A stretch of 64,000 nucleotides of DNA, from positions 5,937 to 69,936 of the forward strand of contig DATLLQ010000259.1 in NCBI GenBank assembly GCA_035537775.1, written 5' to 3'. Of the stretch, positions 51,581 to 60,772 are shown one piece after another. The stretch comes from Vicinamibacterales bacterium. Its GTDB lineage: Bacteria > Acidobacteriota > Vicinamibacteria > Vicinamibacterales > UBA2999. The position numbers and the translations under genes are program-made. The notes below the pieces were generated by a model. The model made no database searches. It was not told the DNA's origin and was given only the letters and a program-made list of their open reading frames with translations. The stretch's first letter is position 1. Every line of letters starts with the position of its first letter.

Positions 51581-52917
51581 TGTTCATTACGAAAAAGCAT
51601 CTTTCGCGGCGGACCTTCCTGCACGGCGCCGGCGTCACCCTGGCGCTGCCGCTCCTCGAGTCGATGGTGCCCGCGGGCACCGCGCTCGCGCAGACCGCGG
51701 CCAATCCGAGGACCCGGCTGTGCGGCATCTACATCCCGCACGGCGCGACGATGGACAAGTGGACGCCGGCGGACGTTGGGACCGGGTTCCAGTTCTCGGA
51801 GATCCTGCAGCCGCTCGAGCCGTTCAGAAACTACGTCAACGTGATCAGCGACCTCGCCCACGCGCCGGTGGCGCCGTGGACCGGCGAGGACACCGGCGGC
51901 GCTGAAAACCACGTCAGGGCGGCGGCCGTGTTCCTGAGCGGCGCGCATCCGGTGAAGAAGAACGAGGCGTTCGCCGGCGCCAGCATCGATCAGATCGCGG
52001 CGCAGCACGTTGGACAGGACACACCGCTCCCGTCGATCGAGCTGTCAATGGAGCCGGTCAACCTCACCTGCGGCGACGCGGGATTCACCTGTGCCTATCG
52101 CAACACGCTGTCATGGAAGACGGCGACTGTCCCGCTGCCGATGGAGAACAATCCGCAGCTTGTCTTCGAGCGGCTGTTCGGCGACGGCAGCACCGATGCG
52201 CAGCGCCAGGAACGGCGCAGCCAGGCGCGCAGCCTGCTCGACTCGATCCGCGATCAGGTACCCTCGCTCGAAAAGAACCTCCCGGCAGGCGATCGCCGGC
52301 GGCTGCGCGAGTATCTCGACGAGGTCCGCGAGATCGAGCGGCGCGTAAAGCTGTTCGACGACACGCTGTCGCGCAATCTCGATCTGCCGGATGCGCCCAC
52401 AGGGGTCCCGACCGAGTTCGAAGCGCACATCAAGCTGATGTTCGACCTGCAGGTGCTTGCCTACAAGACGCAGATCACCCGCATCTCGACGCTGATGCTG
52501 GCACGGGAGAACAGCGGCGCCACCTATCCCGCGACCGGCATACGCGAGGGCTTCCACAACGCGTCGCATCACTCGAACGATCGCAAGAACATGGATCAGT
52601 TCGCGGTAATCAACCGCTATCACATCAAGATGCTGGGCTACTTCCTCGAACGGCTGCAGGCGACGCCGGACGGCGACGGCAGCCTGCTCGACCACTCGAT
52701 GGTGCTGTACGGCAGCAGCCTGAGCGACGGCAACGAGCACAACTTCGACCCGCTGCCGGTCGTGCTCGTGGGCGGCGGGTCTGGACGGCTGAAGGGCAAT
52801 CGACACCTGCGGCATGCGCCGCACACGCCGATGTCGAACCTGCTGCTCGCAGTTCTCCACAAGGTGGGAGCCCAGGTCGACAAGATCGGCGATAGCACCG
52901 AACCGCTCGCCATCTGA
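51580..52917 (+). CDS. DUF1552 family protein with twin-arginine signal, module copy 2
   Basis: ATG 51580 (TGATG junction, GGGAGAG RBS; GTG 51577 is an alternative). [29 protein letters not shown]. Confidence 0.85.
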   Translation: [445 protein letters not shown]

Positions 52918-52939
52918 CGGGCGAAGCTCGCTGAGGCCG

Positions 52940-52945
52940 TATAAT
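52940..52945 (+). promoter_or_regulatory. consensus -10 TATAAT, 14 nt upstream of ATG 52960
   Basis: Perfect TATAAT in GC-rich context. No SD in the short leader. Confidence 0.45.
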
Positions 52946-52959
52946 CCGCGCCTCTCGTC

Positions 52960-54603
52960 ATGAAGCCTGCGGCAGCTCCGGTTCGCGACGTCACCGTCGG
53001 CGCCCTGTTGTCACACCTGGCCAAGACGCTGCCGGACCTTGAGGCACTCGTCTACAGCCACGCTGGCAAACGCTGGACGTTCCGTGCGCTCGACGCGGAA
53101 GCGCGGCTCGTCGCGCGCGGCCTGGTCGGGCTCGGGGTGAAGCCGCACGACCGCGTCGCCGTCTGGGCGACGAACGTACCCGAGTGGATCATCCTGCAGT
53201 TCGCGCTGGCCAAGATCGGCGCGATCCTCGTCACCGTCAACACGGCATTGCGCGCGCAGGAGATCGAGTACCTACTTCGGCAGAGCGAGACGTCAACGCT
53301 CGTCACGATACGGGGGTTTCGAACCGTCGACTATCTGGCTGAGCTCCGGTTGATTGGCGCCATTGGCGACACCTCCAGTCGCAACGAGCGGCTCCCCCAC
53401 CTCCAGCGAGTGCTGTTCATAGGCGACGGGTGTCCTGACGGCCTGACACCGTACGAGACGCTTCGCGCTGCCGCGCGCGACGTATCCGACGGGGAGGTAG
53501 AGGCGCTCGAGGCGGCCGTGAGCCTCGACGACGTGATCAACATCCAGTACACGTCCGGCACCATGGGGTTCCCCAAGGGCGTCATGCTGTCGAGCCGCAA
53601 TATCGTCAACAACGGCTACTGGCTGGGACAGGGGCTCGGGCTGTCGAGCGACGATCGCCTCTGCCTGTGCGTCCCGTTGTTTCATTGCTTCGGGTGTGTC
53701 ATCGGCGTGCTCGGGGCCTACACGCATGGCGCGTGTCTCTGCGCGCTGGAAACGTTCGACGCGCGGCGGGTCCTCGAAACAGTTGAGCGTGAACGATGCA
53801 CCACGCTCTACGGCGTCCCGACCATGTTCGTCGCAGAGCTCGAGGATCCGGAGTTCGAGCGATTCGATCTGAGCACCCTGCGCACAGGCATCATGGCCGG
53901 CGCGCTCTGCCCCGAAACACTGATGCGCAAGGTCATCGATCGGATGCACCTCCCGGAGATGACGATCGCGTATGGGCTGACCGAAACATCGCCGGGCCTC
54001 ACTCAGACACCGCGCGACGCCAGCATCGAGGCGCGAACGCAGACCGTCGGCCAGATCCTTCCTGAAGTGGAACTGCGCATCGTCGATCCCGGAACCGGCG
54101 AGGACGTCGCGCCGGGCGCGAACGGCGAGCTCTGGACCCGCGGCTACATGGTCATGAAGGGCTACTACAACATGCCCGAGCAGACCGCGGCCGCCATCAC
54201 GCCGGACGGCTGGCTGCGGACCGGCGATCAGGCCTGCATCGGCGCCGATGGGAACGTCCGCATCACGGGCCGAATCAAGGATCTGATCATTCGCGGGGGC
54301 GAGAACATCGCTCCGAAGGAAGTGGAGGATGTCCTGCGGCTGCATCCCGCGGTGCTCGATGTCTCGGTCTACGGAATCCACAGCGAATTCTTCGGCGAAG
54401 AAGTCGCTGCGGCGATCCGGACGAAGCCCGGTGTCGCGACCGATGCCGTGGCGCTGATCGAGTTCTGCGAGCGCCAGCTCGCGAAATTCAAGGTGCCGCG
54501 GCACGTACGCTTCGTGGAGAGCTTCCCGATGACCGCCTCCGGCAAGATCCAGAAGTTCCGTCTGCGCGAGCTGCACGAAGGCGCGTCTCCTTTGCACCTA
54601 TAA
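52960..54603 (+). CDS. AMP-dependent acyl-CoA synthetase/ligase
   Basis: AMP-binding motif [15 protein letters not shown], plus TGD...[14 protein letters not shown] and a C-terminal GKIQK. Confidence 0.9.
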   Translation: MKPAAAPVRDVTVGALLSHLAKTLPDLEALVYSHAGKRWTFRALDAEARLVARGLVGLGVKPHDRVAVWATNVPEWIILQFALAKIGAILVTVNTALRAQEIEYLLRQSETSTLVTIRGFRTVDYLAELRLIGAIGDTSSRNERLPHLQRVLFIGDGCPDGLTPYETLRAAARDVSDGEVEALEAAVSLDDVINIQYTSGTMGFPKGVMLSSRNIVNNGYWLGQGLGLSSDDRLCLCVPLFHCFGCVIGVLGAYTHGACLCALETFDARRVLETVERERCTTLYGVPTMFVAELEDPEFERFDLSTLRTGIMAGALCPETLMRKVIDRMHLPEMTIAYGLTETSPGLTQTPRDASIEARTQTVGQILPEVELRIVDPGTGEDVAPGANGELWTRGYMVMKGYYNMPEQTAAAITPDGWLRTGDQACIGADGNVRITGRIKDLIIRGGENIAPKEVEDVLRLHPAVLDVSVYGIHSEFFGEEVAAAIRTKPGVATDAVALIEFCERQLAKFKVPRHVRFVESFPMTASGKIQKFRLRELHEGASPLHL

Positions 54604-54675
54604 TTCGCCGACTCCTCCATGCCCCTGACCGCCGACTGGTTCAGCGAGTTGCGGCGCTCGGCTGCGGCCGCGAAG

Positions 54676-54681
54676 TAATCT
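54676..54681 (+). promoter_or_regulatory. -10-like TAATCT, 8 nt upstream of GTG 54690
   Basis: TAATCT-caggatcc-GTG. No SD. Confidence 0.35.
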
Positions 54682-54689
54682 CAGGATCC

Positions 54690-57392
54690 GTGTCGAACCA
54701 TCCCTATTCGCAGCTTTTTGATCTGAGCCCGTTCCCGGCGGTGGTCAGCCGCCTCGACGACTATCGTGTGCTCGCCGTCAATCTCAGCGCGGCCGAGCTG
54801 GTCGGCGTGTCGCCCGCGGACGTCATCGGCCAGCCAGTCAGCGGCTACTACGTCGATCCGGCGCAGCGGCTCGAACTGATCGAGCGAGTGCGGCGCGACG
54901 GCAGGGCGGACAACGTCCGGTTGCACATCAGGCGAGCCAAAGGCGAGCCGCTGTGGGTGCTGGCTGCGATCCGCGTGATCGACTGGAACGGCGTGCCCGC
55001 GGCGGTCACCGTGTTCCACGACATCAGCGAACAGCTGGCGGCGGAATCGTCGCTCCGGGCGAGCGAACGGCGCCTGGCGGCGCAGAGCGATGCGTTGACG
55101 GATCTCACGACACGCTATACCAGCCCGGGTGAGGGCTTCGACGCGCGGTTGCGGGGCATCCTGCCGCTGGCGGCTGGCGCGCTGCGGGTGGAGCGGCTGA
55201 GCCTGTGGCGATTCGCAGACCAGGGTTCGACGATCCGGTGCGACGGGCTCTATCGCGCGAGCACCAACAGCCACGACTCCGGGAGCGTTCTGCACCGGCT
55301 CGACGCGCCAGCCTACTTCGCCGCTATCGAACGCGAACGGGTCGTGGAGGCGCACGACGCACAGAACGATCCGCGAACGTCCGGGTTTACCGCCGGCTAC
55401 CTGATCCCGAACCGTATCGGCGCGATGCTCGACGTGCCGCTCCAGCACGACAACGCCACCATCGGGGTCTTGTGCGCCGAGCATGTCGGCGGCCCACGCG
55501 CCTGGACGATCGACGAGCAGAACTTCGCCGTGGCGGTCAGCAACCTGATCGTCGTGGCGCTCGTGGAAGAGGAGCGCCGTCACGCGCTCGCGCGTCTGGC
55601 CGAGAGCGAAGCGCGCGCACGGTTGATCGTCGACACGGCGCACGATGCCTTCATCGGGATCGATTCGGACGGCAGGGTCGTCGCGTGGAACGCGCAGGCT
55701 GAGGCGACCTTCGGCTGGGCGAGCGGAGAGGTCGTCGGCCGCAGCCTGGCCGAGACGATCGTGCCGCCGGCCTTCCGGGATGCGCATAACGCCGGCATGC
55801 GCCGTTTCCACGAAACGGGCGAGGCGCCAGTCGTCAACCAGCGCCTCGAACTGACCGCGCTGCATCGATCCGGGCGCGAGTTTCCGATCGAGCTCACGAT
55901 TACGTCGCCGATCAGCGTCGAAGATGGCTATTTCTTTGCGGCGTTTCTGAGGGACATTTCCGACCGGCGCGAACGAGATGAGGAGCTGCGCACTGCCCGT
56001 GATACCGCGGAAGCGGCAACCCGCGCGAAGAGCGAGTTTCTGGCGAACATGAGCCACGAGCTGAGAACGCCGTTGAACGGCGTGCTCGGCTACGCCCAGC
56101 TCCTGCAGCGCGATCGGACGATGAACGCGGCGCAACGGGAAGCCCTGGACGCCATCGGCCGATGCGGGTCGCAACTGCTGGACCTGATCAACGACGTCCT
56201 CGACCTGTCGAAGATCGAGGCCGGTCGTCTCGACATCGACGAGGGACCGACCGATCTCACGCAGCTGCTGACCGACCTGAGGTACGTGGTTGCCGAAACC
56301 GCGGCGCACAAAGGCCTGACACTGACGATGACGCTGGATGCAGATGTCCCCCGTGCGGTCATCGTCGACGGACGGCATCTTCGCCAGGTGCTCCTGAATC
56401 TCCTCGGCAATGCCGTCAAGTTCACGAGGGCGGGCGACGTGCGCCTGCGCGTCGGTGCCGCCGGCGGACGCCTGGTGTTCGAGGTCGTCGACACCGGCCC
56501 GGGCATCGAGCCCGAGGCGATTACGGAGATCTTCGCGGCATTCTCGCAAACAAAAACCGGCGCCGAGGCGGGCGGCACGGGGCTCGGGCTGACCATCTCA
56601 GATCACCTCATCACGAAGATGGGCGGAGCGCTGAAGGTCGAGAGCGCGCTCGGCAGCGGCAGCCGCTTTTCGTTCAGCCTGCCGCTCGTCGAGACGCGAA
56701 TCGACACCGCGGGTCAAAGCACCGACCCTGCCCTGCCGGCGCTCGATGCCCGGCTCGCACCAGGCCAGATGCTGACCGCGCTGGTCGTGGACGACAGCGC
56801 GGCGAACAGGCGGATTCTCGCGAGCCTCCTCGAGAGCGCGGGCGCGCAGGTCACCGCCGCAACGGGCGGGCTCGAGGCCATCGAGCTGGCACGCACGCAT
56901 CAGCCGCAGATCATCTTCATGGACCTGAAGATGCCGGATGTCGACGGGCTCGAGGCCACGCGACGGCTGGCGCAGGATCCCGCGACGTCGGCAATCCCAG
57001 TGGTTGCCGTCACGGCCAGCGCTCTGGGGGACGCGCGTGCGAAGGCCCGCGCCGCGGGCTGTATCGACTATCTGTCAAAGCCCATTCGCGCCCAGGAGCT
57101 GTTCGGCGTGCTCAGAACGCACCTTGGCGCGCGATTCGTCGGCGGCACCGATCTGCCGGCCGCCGATACACCCGGCCTTGCCGTCGTCCGCCGGCTGGAC
57201 GTCGCCGCGACGCTGCGGAACGCCGTCGCCGTCGGCGATGTCACCGAGATTCATGCCCTGGCTGAATCGCTGATGCGCGGTGGTCCCGCGGAGTCGGCAC
57301 TGGGTGAGCGCATCAACAGGCTGGTCGTTGAATTCGACTTCGCAGGGCTCGCACAGCTTGGTGATTCGCTCGCCGGATCAGGTCAGCCGTGA
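54690..57392 (+). CDS. hybrid sensor histidine kinase (PAS-GAF-PAS-HisKA-HATPase-REC plus ~90-aa C-terminal tail)
   Basis: H-box FLANMSHELRTPLNG. N/G boxes (LLGNAVKFT, DTGPGI, GTGLGLTIS). REC domain (VVDDSAANRR...FMDLKMPDVDG...YLSKP). PAS and GAF regions recognisable. Confidence 0.88.
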   Translation: MSNHPYSQLFDLSPFPAVVSRLDDYRVLAVNLSAAELVGVSPADVIGQPVSGYYVDPAQRLELIERVRRDGRADNVRLHIRRAKGEPLWVLAAIRVIDWNGVPAAVTVFHDISEQLAAESSLRASERRLAAQSDALTDLTTRYTSPGEGFDARLRGILPLAAGALRVERLSLWRFADQGSTIRCDGLYRASTNSHDSGSVLHRLDAPAYFAAIERERVVEAHDAQNDPRTSGFTAGYLIPNRIGAMLDVPLQHDNATIGVLCAEHVGGPRAWTIDEQNFAVAVSNLIVVALVEEERRHALARLAESEARARLIVDTAHDAFIGIDSDGRVVAWNAQAEATFGWASGEVVGRSLAETIVPPAFRDAHNAGMRRFHETGEAPVVNQRLELTALHRSGREFPIELTITSPISVEDGYFFAAFLRDISDRRERDEELRTARDTAEAATRAKSEFLANMSHELRTPLNGVLGYAQLLQRDRTMNAAQREALDAIGRCGSQLLDLINDVLDLSKIEAGRLDIDEGPTDLTQLLTDLRYVVAETAAHKGLTLTMTLDADVPRAVIVDGRHLRQVLLNLLGNAVKFTRAGDVRLRVGAAGGRLVFEVVDTGPGIEPEAITEIFAAFSQTKTGAEAGGTGLGLTISDHLITKMGGALKVESALGSGSRFSFSLPLVETRIDTAGQSTDPALPALDARLAPGQMLTALVVDDSAANRRILASLLESAGAQVTAATGGLEAIELARTHQPQIIFMDLKMPDVDGLEATRRLAQDPATSAIPVVAVTASALGDARAKARAAGCIDYLSKPIRAQELFGVLRTHLGARFVGGTDLPAADTPGLAVVRRLDVAATLRNAVAVGDVTEIHALAESLMRGGPAESALGERINRLVVEFDFAGLAQLGDSLAGSGQP

Positions 57393-59497
57393 ACACCGCC
57401 CGCGCGGATGATCCGCAGATCCTGCTGGTCGACGACAACCCCACGAACCTGCAAGTGCTCTATCAGACGCTTGCGGGCGGCGGCTACCGTCTGCTGGCGG
57501 CACGAAGCGGAAAAGACGCCATCACGATCGCCCAACGCGTCGTTCCGGATCTGATTCTTCTCGACGTCATGATGCCGGGAATGGATGGGTTCGAAACGTG
57601 TGCGCACCTGAAGGCCGATCCGCGCACGCGCGATTCGGCCATCGTCTTTCTCTCGGCGCTGACCGCCGCGGACGACAAGGTGCGTGGCCTCGAGCTCGGC
57701 GCGGTCGATTTCGTGAACAAGCCGTTCCAGGCGGAGGAAGTGCTGGCGCGCGTCAGGACACACCTGACGATCCGCACGCTGCAGAAAGAGCTGCGGCGGC
57801 GCAACGAAGAACTCGAGCTCGAGCTGCTCGTCGCGCAGGAGCTGCTGCGTGAGGCGCGCGACCGGACTGAGGGTGTGCTGGCCGGCGACAGCCCCGTCGC
57901 CGCCCGCCTTCGCCGAGACATCGACGAGGCAGCAGCGAGCGACGAGCCGCTCCTCATCAGCGGCCCGACGGGCAGCGATCATGAAGCGGTGGCGCGAGCC
58001 GTTCACCACCAGTCCGCCCGCGGGTCGCGCGCGATGATCAGCGCGAATTGCCTCGCCGTGGTCCCCGACGCGTCGCCTTCCTCGCGCGTCACAGGCTCGG
58101 GATCCGACATCTTCGAAAAGCTCCGCCTGGCCCACTCGGGCACCTTGTACCTGGATGGCGTTCAGCATCTCCCGCATGATGTGCAACAGACGCTCGCCGC
58201 GCGTCTCGCGCCGGCCGACGGACCGCGTGGAGACGACGCGCTCGACGTGCGTGTGATCGTGGCAACGACGCGGGACGTGGATGAGGAAGTGGCCGCCGGG
58301 CGACTGGCGCCCGCTCTCCGCCGCGCCTTCCGCCGGACGATTGACCTGCCGCCGCTGCGCACCAGGCTCGAGGACCTGCCCGCCGTTGCGCCACTCATTC
58401 TCCGACGCCAGGCCGAACAGGCGGGACGCACGGTTCCGATCATCTCGGACGAATCGCTGCAGCGCATGCAGCGCTACCGCTGGCCCGGCAATCTGCGGGA
58501 GCTGCGCAATGTGATCGGCTCAGCGCTGGCCGTGAGCGCCGGTCCGGTTCTGGAGATCGGCGAGCACCTGCTGAACAACGAAGTGCGCGTCGGCAGCTAC
58601 AACCTGATCGAGCGCATCGGCGCCGGGGGCATGGGTGAAGTCTGGCTCGCGCGGCACCAGCTGCTGGCGCGGCCGGCAGCCGTCAAGATCGTCCACGAAG
58701 CGGCGCTCGGCGTCGCCGAGAGCCCCTCGGCAGCGCGGCAGCGGTTCGCCCGCGAAGCCCATGTGACGGCCGAGCTGCAGTCGCCGCACACGGTGCAGCT
58801 GTACGACTTCGGCATCACCGATGCCGGCAGCTTCTACTACGTCATGGAGCGCCTGCGCGGCATCGATTTGCAGCGCATGGTGGAAAGCCATGGCCCGCTC
58901 CCGGCGGAGCGCGTGGTCTTTCTGTTGAAGCAGGCGTGTCTATCGCTCGCGGAAGCCCATTCACTGGGGCTCGTCCACCGCGACATCAAGCCTGGCAACC
59001 TGTTCGTCTGCCGGCTCGGCCAGCAGTTCGACTTCCTGAAGGTGCTCGATTTCGGCGTCGTATCGCGGCGAGGGCGCGGCGCGCGGGCGCCGCTCACCGA
59101 AGCCGGCCTCCTGCTGGGCACACCTGCCTATCTGGCGCCGGAGCTCGTGGGCCAGGACGCCTTCGATGCCCGGGTGGACATCTACTCGCTCGGCTGCGTC
59201 GCCTACTGGCTGCTGACCGGGCGGCCGCCCTTTGAGGGCGGCGACGCGATGTCAGTGCTGATGCAGCACTCGAGTGCAACGCCGCTCGCGCCGTCAGAGC
59301 TGGCGGAGAAGCCGGTTCCGAAAGATCTCGACGCCCTGGTTGTCGCCTGCCTCGGCAAGGACCCTCGAGAGCGGCCCGCGGACGCGGAGCAGCTCGCCGC
59401 CCGCCTCGACAGCCTGTCGGTGGCCGGCTGGTGGACGCAGCAGAAGGCGCGTGCCTGGTGGGCGCTGCACGTGCCCGAGCTCCTTGATCCGGCATGA
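57389..59497 (+). CDS. response-regulator receiver / degenerate sigma54-type AAA+ domain / Ser-Thr protein kinase fusion
   Basis: REC (LLVDDNPTNL...LLDVMMPGMDG...FVNKPF). NtrC-like AAA+ body with WPGNLRELRN, but Walker A is GPTGSDHE and there is no GAFTGA. Kinase domain GAGGMGEVW, AAVKIV, HRDIKPGNL, DFGVV, YLAPE. Confidence 0.85.
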   Translation: MNTARADDPQILLVDDNPTNLQVLYQTLAGGGYRLLAARSGKDAITIAQRVVPDLILLDVMMPGMDGFETCAHLKADPRTRDSAIVFLSALTAADDKVRGLELGAVDFVNKPFQAEEVLARVRTHLTIRTLQKELRRRNEELELELLVAQELLREARDRTEGVLAGDSPVAARLRRDIDEAAASDEPLLISGPTGSDHEAVARAVHHQSARGSRAMISANCLAVVPDASPSSRVTGSGSDIFEKLRLAHSGTLYLDGVQHLPHDVQQTLAARLAPADGPRGDDALDVRVIVATTRDVDEEVAAGRLAPALRRAFRRTIDLPPLRTRLEDLPAVAPLILRRQAEQAGRTVPIISDESLQRMQRYRWPGNLRELRNVIGSALAVSAGPVLEIGEHLLNNEVRVGSYNLIERIGAGGMGEVWLARHQLLARPAAVKIVHEAALGVAESPSAARQRFAREAHVTAELQSPHTVQLYDFGITDAGSFYYVMERLRGIDLQRMVESHGPLPAERVVFLLKQACLSLAEAHSLGLVHRDIKPGNLFVCRLGQQFDFLKVLDFGVVSRRGRGARAPLTEAGLLLGTPAYLAPELVGQDAFDARVDIYSLGCVAYWLLTGRPPFEGGDAMSVLMQHSSATPLAPSELAEKPVPKDLDALVVACLGKDPRERPADAEQLAARLDSLSVAGWWTQQKARAWWALHVPELLDPA

Positions 59498-60753
59498 CGC
59501 GCGAGCTCGAGCCGCCTCTCTCGTACACACTCACCCGCCGGCGGCTTCTCCAGGCGGGCGGCCTTCTGCTGGTCTCGCCGTTTCTCGCCCTGCGGGAAGC
59601 CAGCGCGGGCGCACCGGCGCCTCGCCTCACGAGGTTCGAGCTGATCCCGATACGCGCGACCTCGCGGACGGTCTGGCTCGTCGTTCGTCTTCACACCGAC
59701 GCCGGCCTCACGGGACTCGGCGAGGCATCCGACGCGTTCGGTTTTGCCAACACGACAGCAGCAAACGCCGACACGATGCGCGCACGGCTGCAGACATTCT
59801 TCGAGCTCGTCCGCGGCGGCTCGCCGCTTGACGTCGAACGCTATCGTCAGCGCGGAATCCCGATGGTGAAAGGCGATCTCGTCTCGGCAACAGCCTTCTC
59901 CGCCATCGAACAGGCGATGTGGGATCTCGCCGGCAAGGCGCTCAATGTGCCGACGCATGTGCTGTTCGGCGGCAAGGTGCGCGCCGTGCTGCCCGTGTAC
60001 GCCAACATCAACCGCGCCACGAATCCGAGGACGCCGGAGGGATTCGCGGGCGCCGCGCGGCGCGCGGTGAAGGACGGCTTCCGTTCCATCAAGGCCGCTC
60101 CCTGGGACGGTTTTCCGGCTACGGGGTCACCGGCGAAGGTCATCGACGCGGCGGTTGACGCTGGAATCGCCGCGGTCGTGGCGATGCGTGAGGCAGCCGG
60201 AACGGACATCGACATCATGGTGGACTGCCACAGCTTCTTCGATGTCGAACGCGCAGTCGCTGTCGCCCGTCGTCTCGAACCGCAGCGCCTGCGATGGTAC
60301 GAAGAACCGGTCGCGCCGGAGCGCGTGGACGAGACGGTCGCCATCAAGGGGCGGATCCAGCAGCCGATGGCCGGCGGAGAGGTGCTCTTCGGCGTCGCCG
60401 GCTTCGCGCCGCTCTATCAGCGTCGCGCCGTTGACGTCATCATGCCGGACGTGAAGCACTGCGGCGGACTGCTCGAGCTCACTCGCATCGCCGCCGCAGC
60501 AGAGGCAGCGGGCGTGATGGTCTCCCCGCACAATCCGAGCGGCCCCGTCTCGACGGCTGCGAGTGTGCAGGTCGCAGCTGGGATGGGGAACTTCAACTAT
60601 CTCGAGCTGCAATACGGCGAGGTCGACTGGCGCGGCGAGCTGCTCGCGCCCATCGAGCGATTCGTCAACGGCCAGATTGCCGTTCCGGATCGTCCCGGGT
60701 TCGGCATCGCGCTGAATGAACAGGCCATTCGACGTCGCGCGCTCGCCCTCTGA
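59494..60753 (+). CDS. enolase-superfamily (mandelate racemase/muconate lactonizing, dehydratase-like) protein with twin-arginine signal
   Basis: ATGA overlap. TRRRLLQAGGLLLVSPFLAL. MR/MLE pattern (GLGEASD..., IMVDCHS, RWYEEP, DVIMPDVKHCGG). Confidence 0.82.
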   Translation: MTRELEPPLSYTLTRRRLLQAGGLLLVSPFLALREASAGAPAPRLTRFELIPIRATSRTVWLVVRLHTDAGLTGLGEASDAFGFANTTAANADTMRARLQTFFELVRGGSPLDVERYRQRGIPMVKGDLVSATAFSAIEQAMWDLAGKALNVPTHVLFGGKVRAVLPVYANINRATNPRTPEGFAGAARRAVKDGFRSIKAAPWDGFPATGSPAKVIDAAVDAGIAAVVAMREAAGTDIDIMVDCHSFFDVERAVAVARRLEPQRLRWYEEPVAPERVDETVAIKGRIQQPMAGGEVLFGVAGFAPLYQRRAVDVIMPDVKHCGGLLELTRIAAAAEAAGVMVSPHNPSGPVSTAASVQVAAGMGNFNYLELQYGEVDWRGELLAPIERFVNGQIAVPDRPGFGIALNEQAIRRRALAL

Positions 60754-60772
60754 GGGGGCGTTGTGAACGTCT

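Noticed and set aside
54599-54604. TATAAT overlapping the acyl-CoA ligase stop codon, considered as a promoter for the HK operon
   Set aside because: It lies 86 nt from GTG 54690, which has its own closer -10-like TAATCT. With a single occurrence it cannot be distinguished from chance.
54681-56549. 622-aa minus-strand ORF opposite the hybrid histidine kinase
   Set aside because: The plus strand carries complete PAS/GAF/HisKA/HATPase motifs, so the antisense ORF is a shadow.
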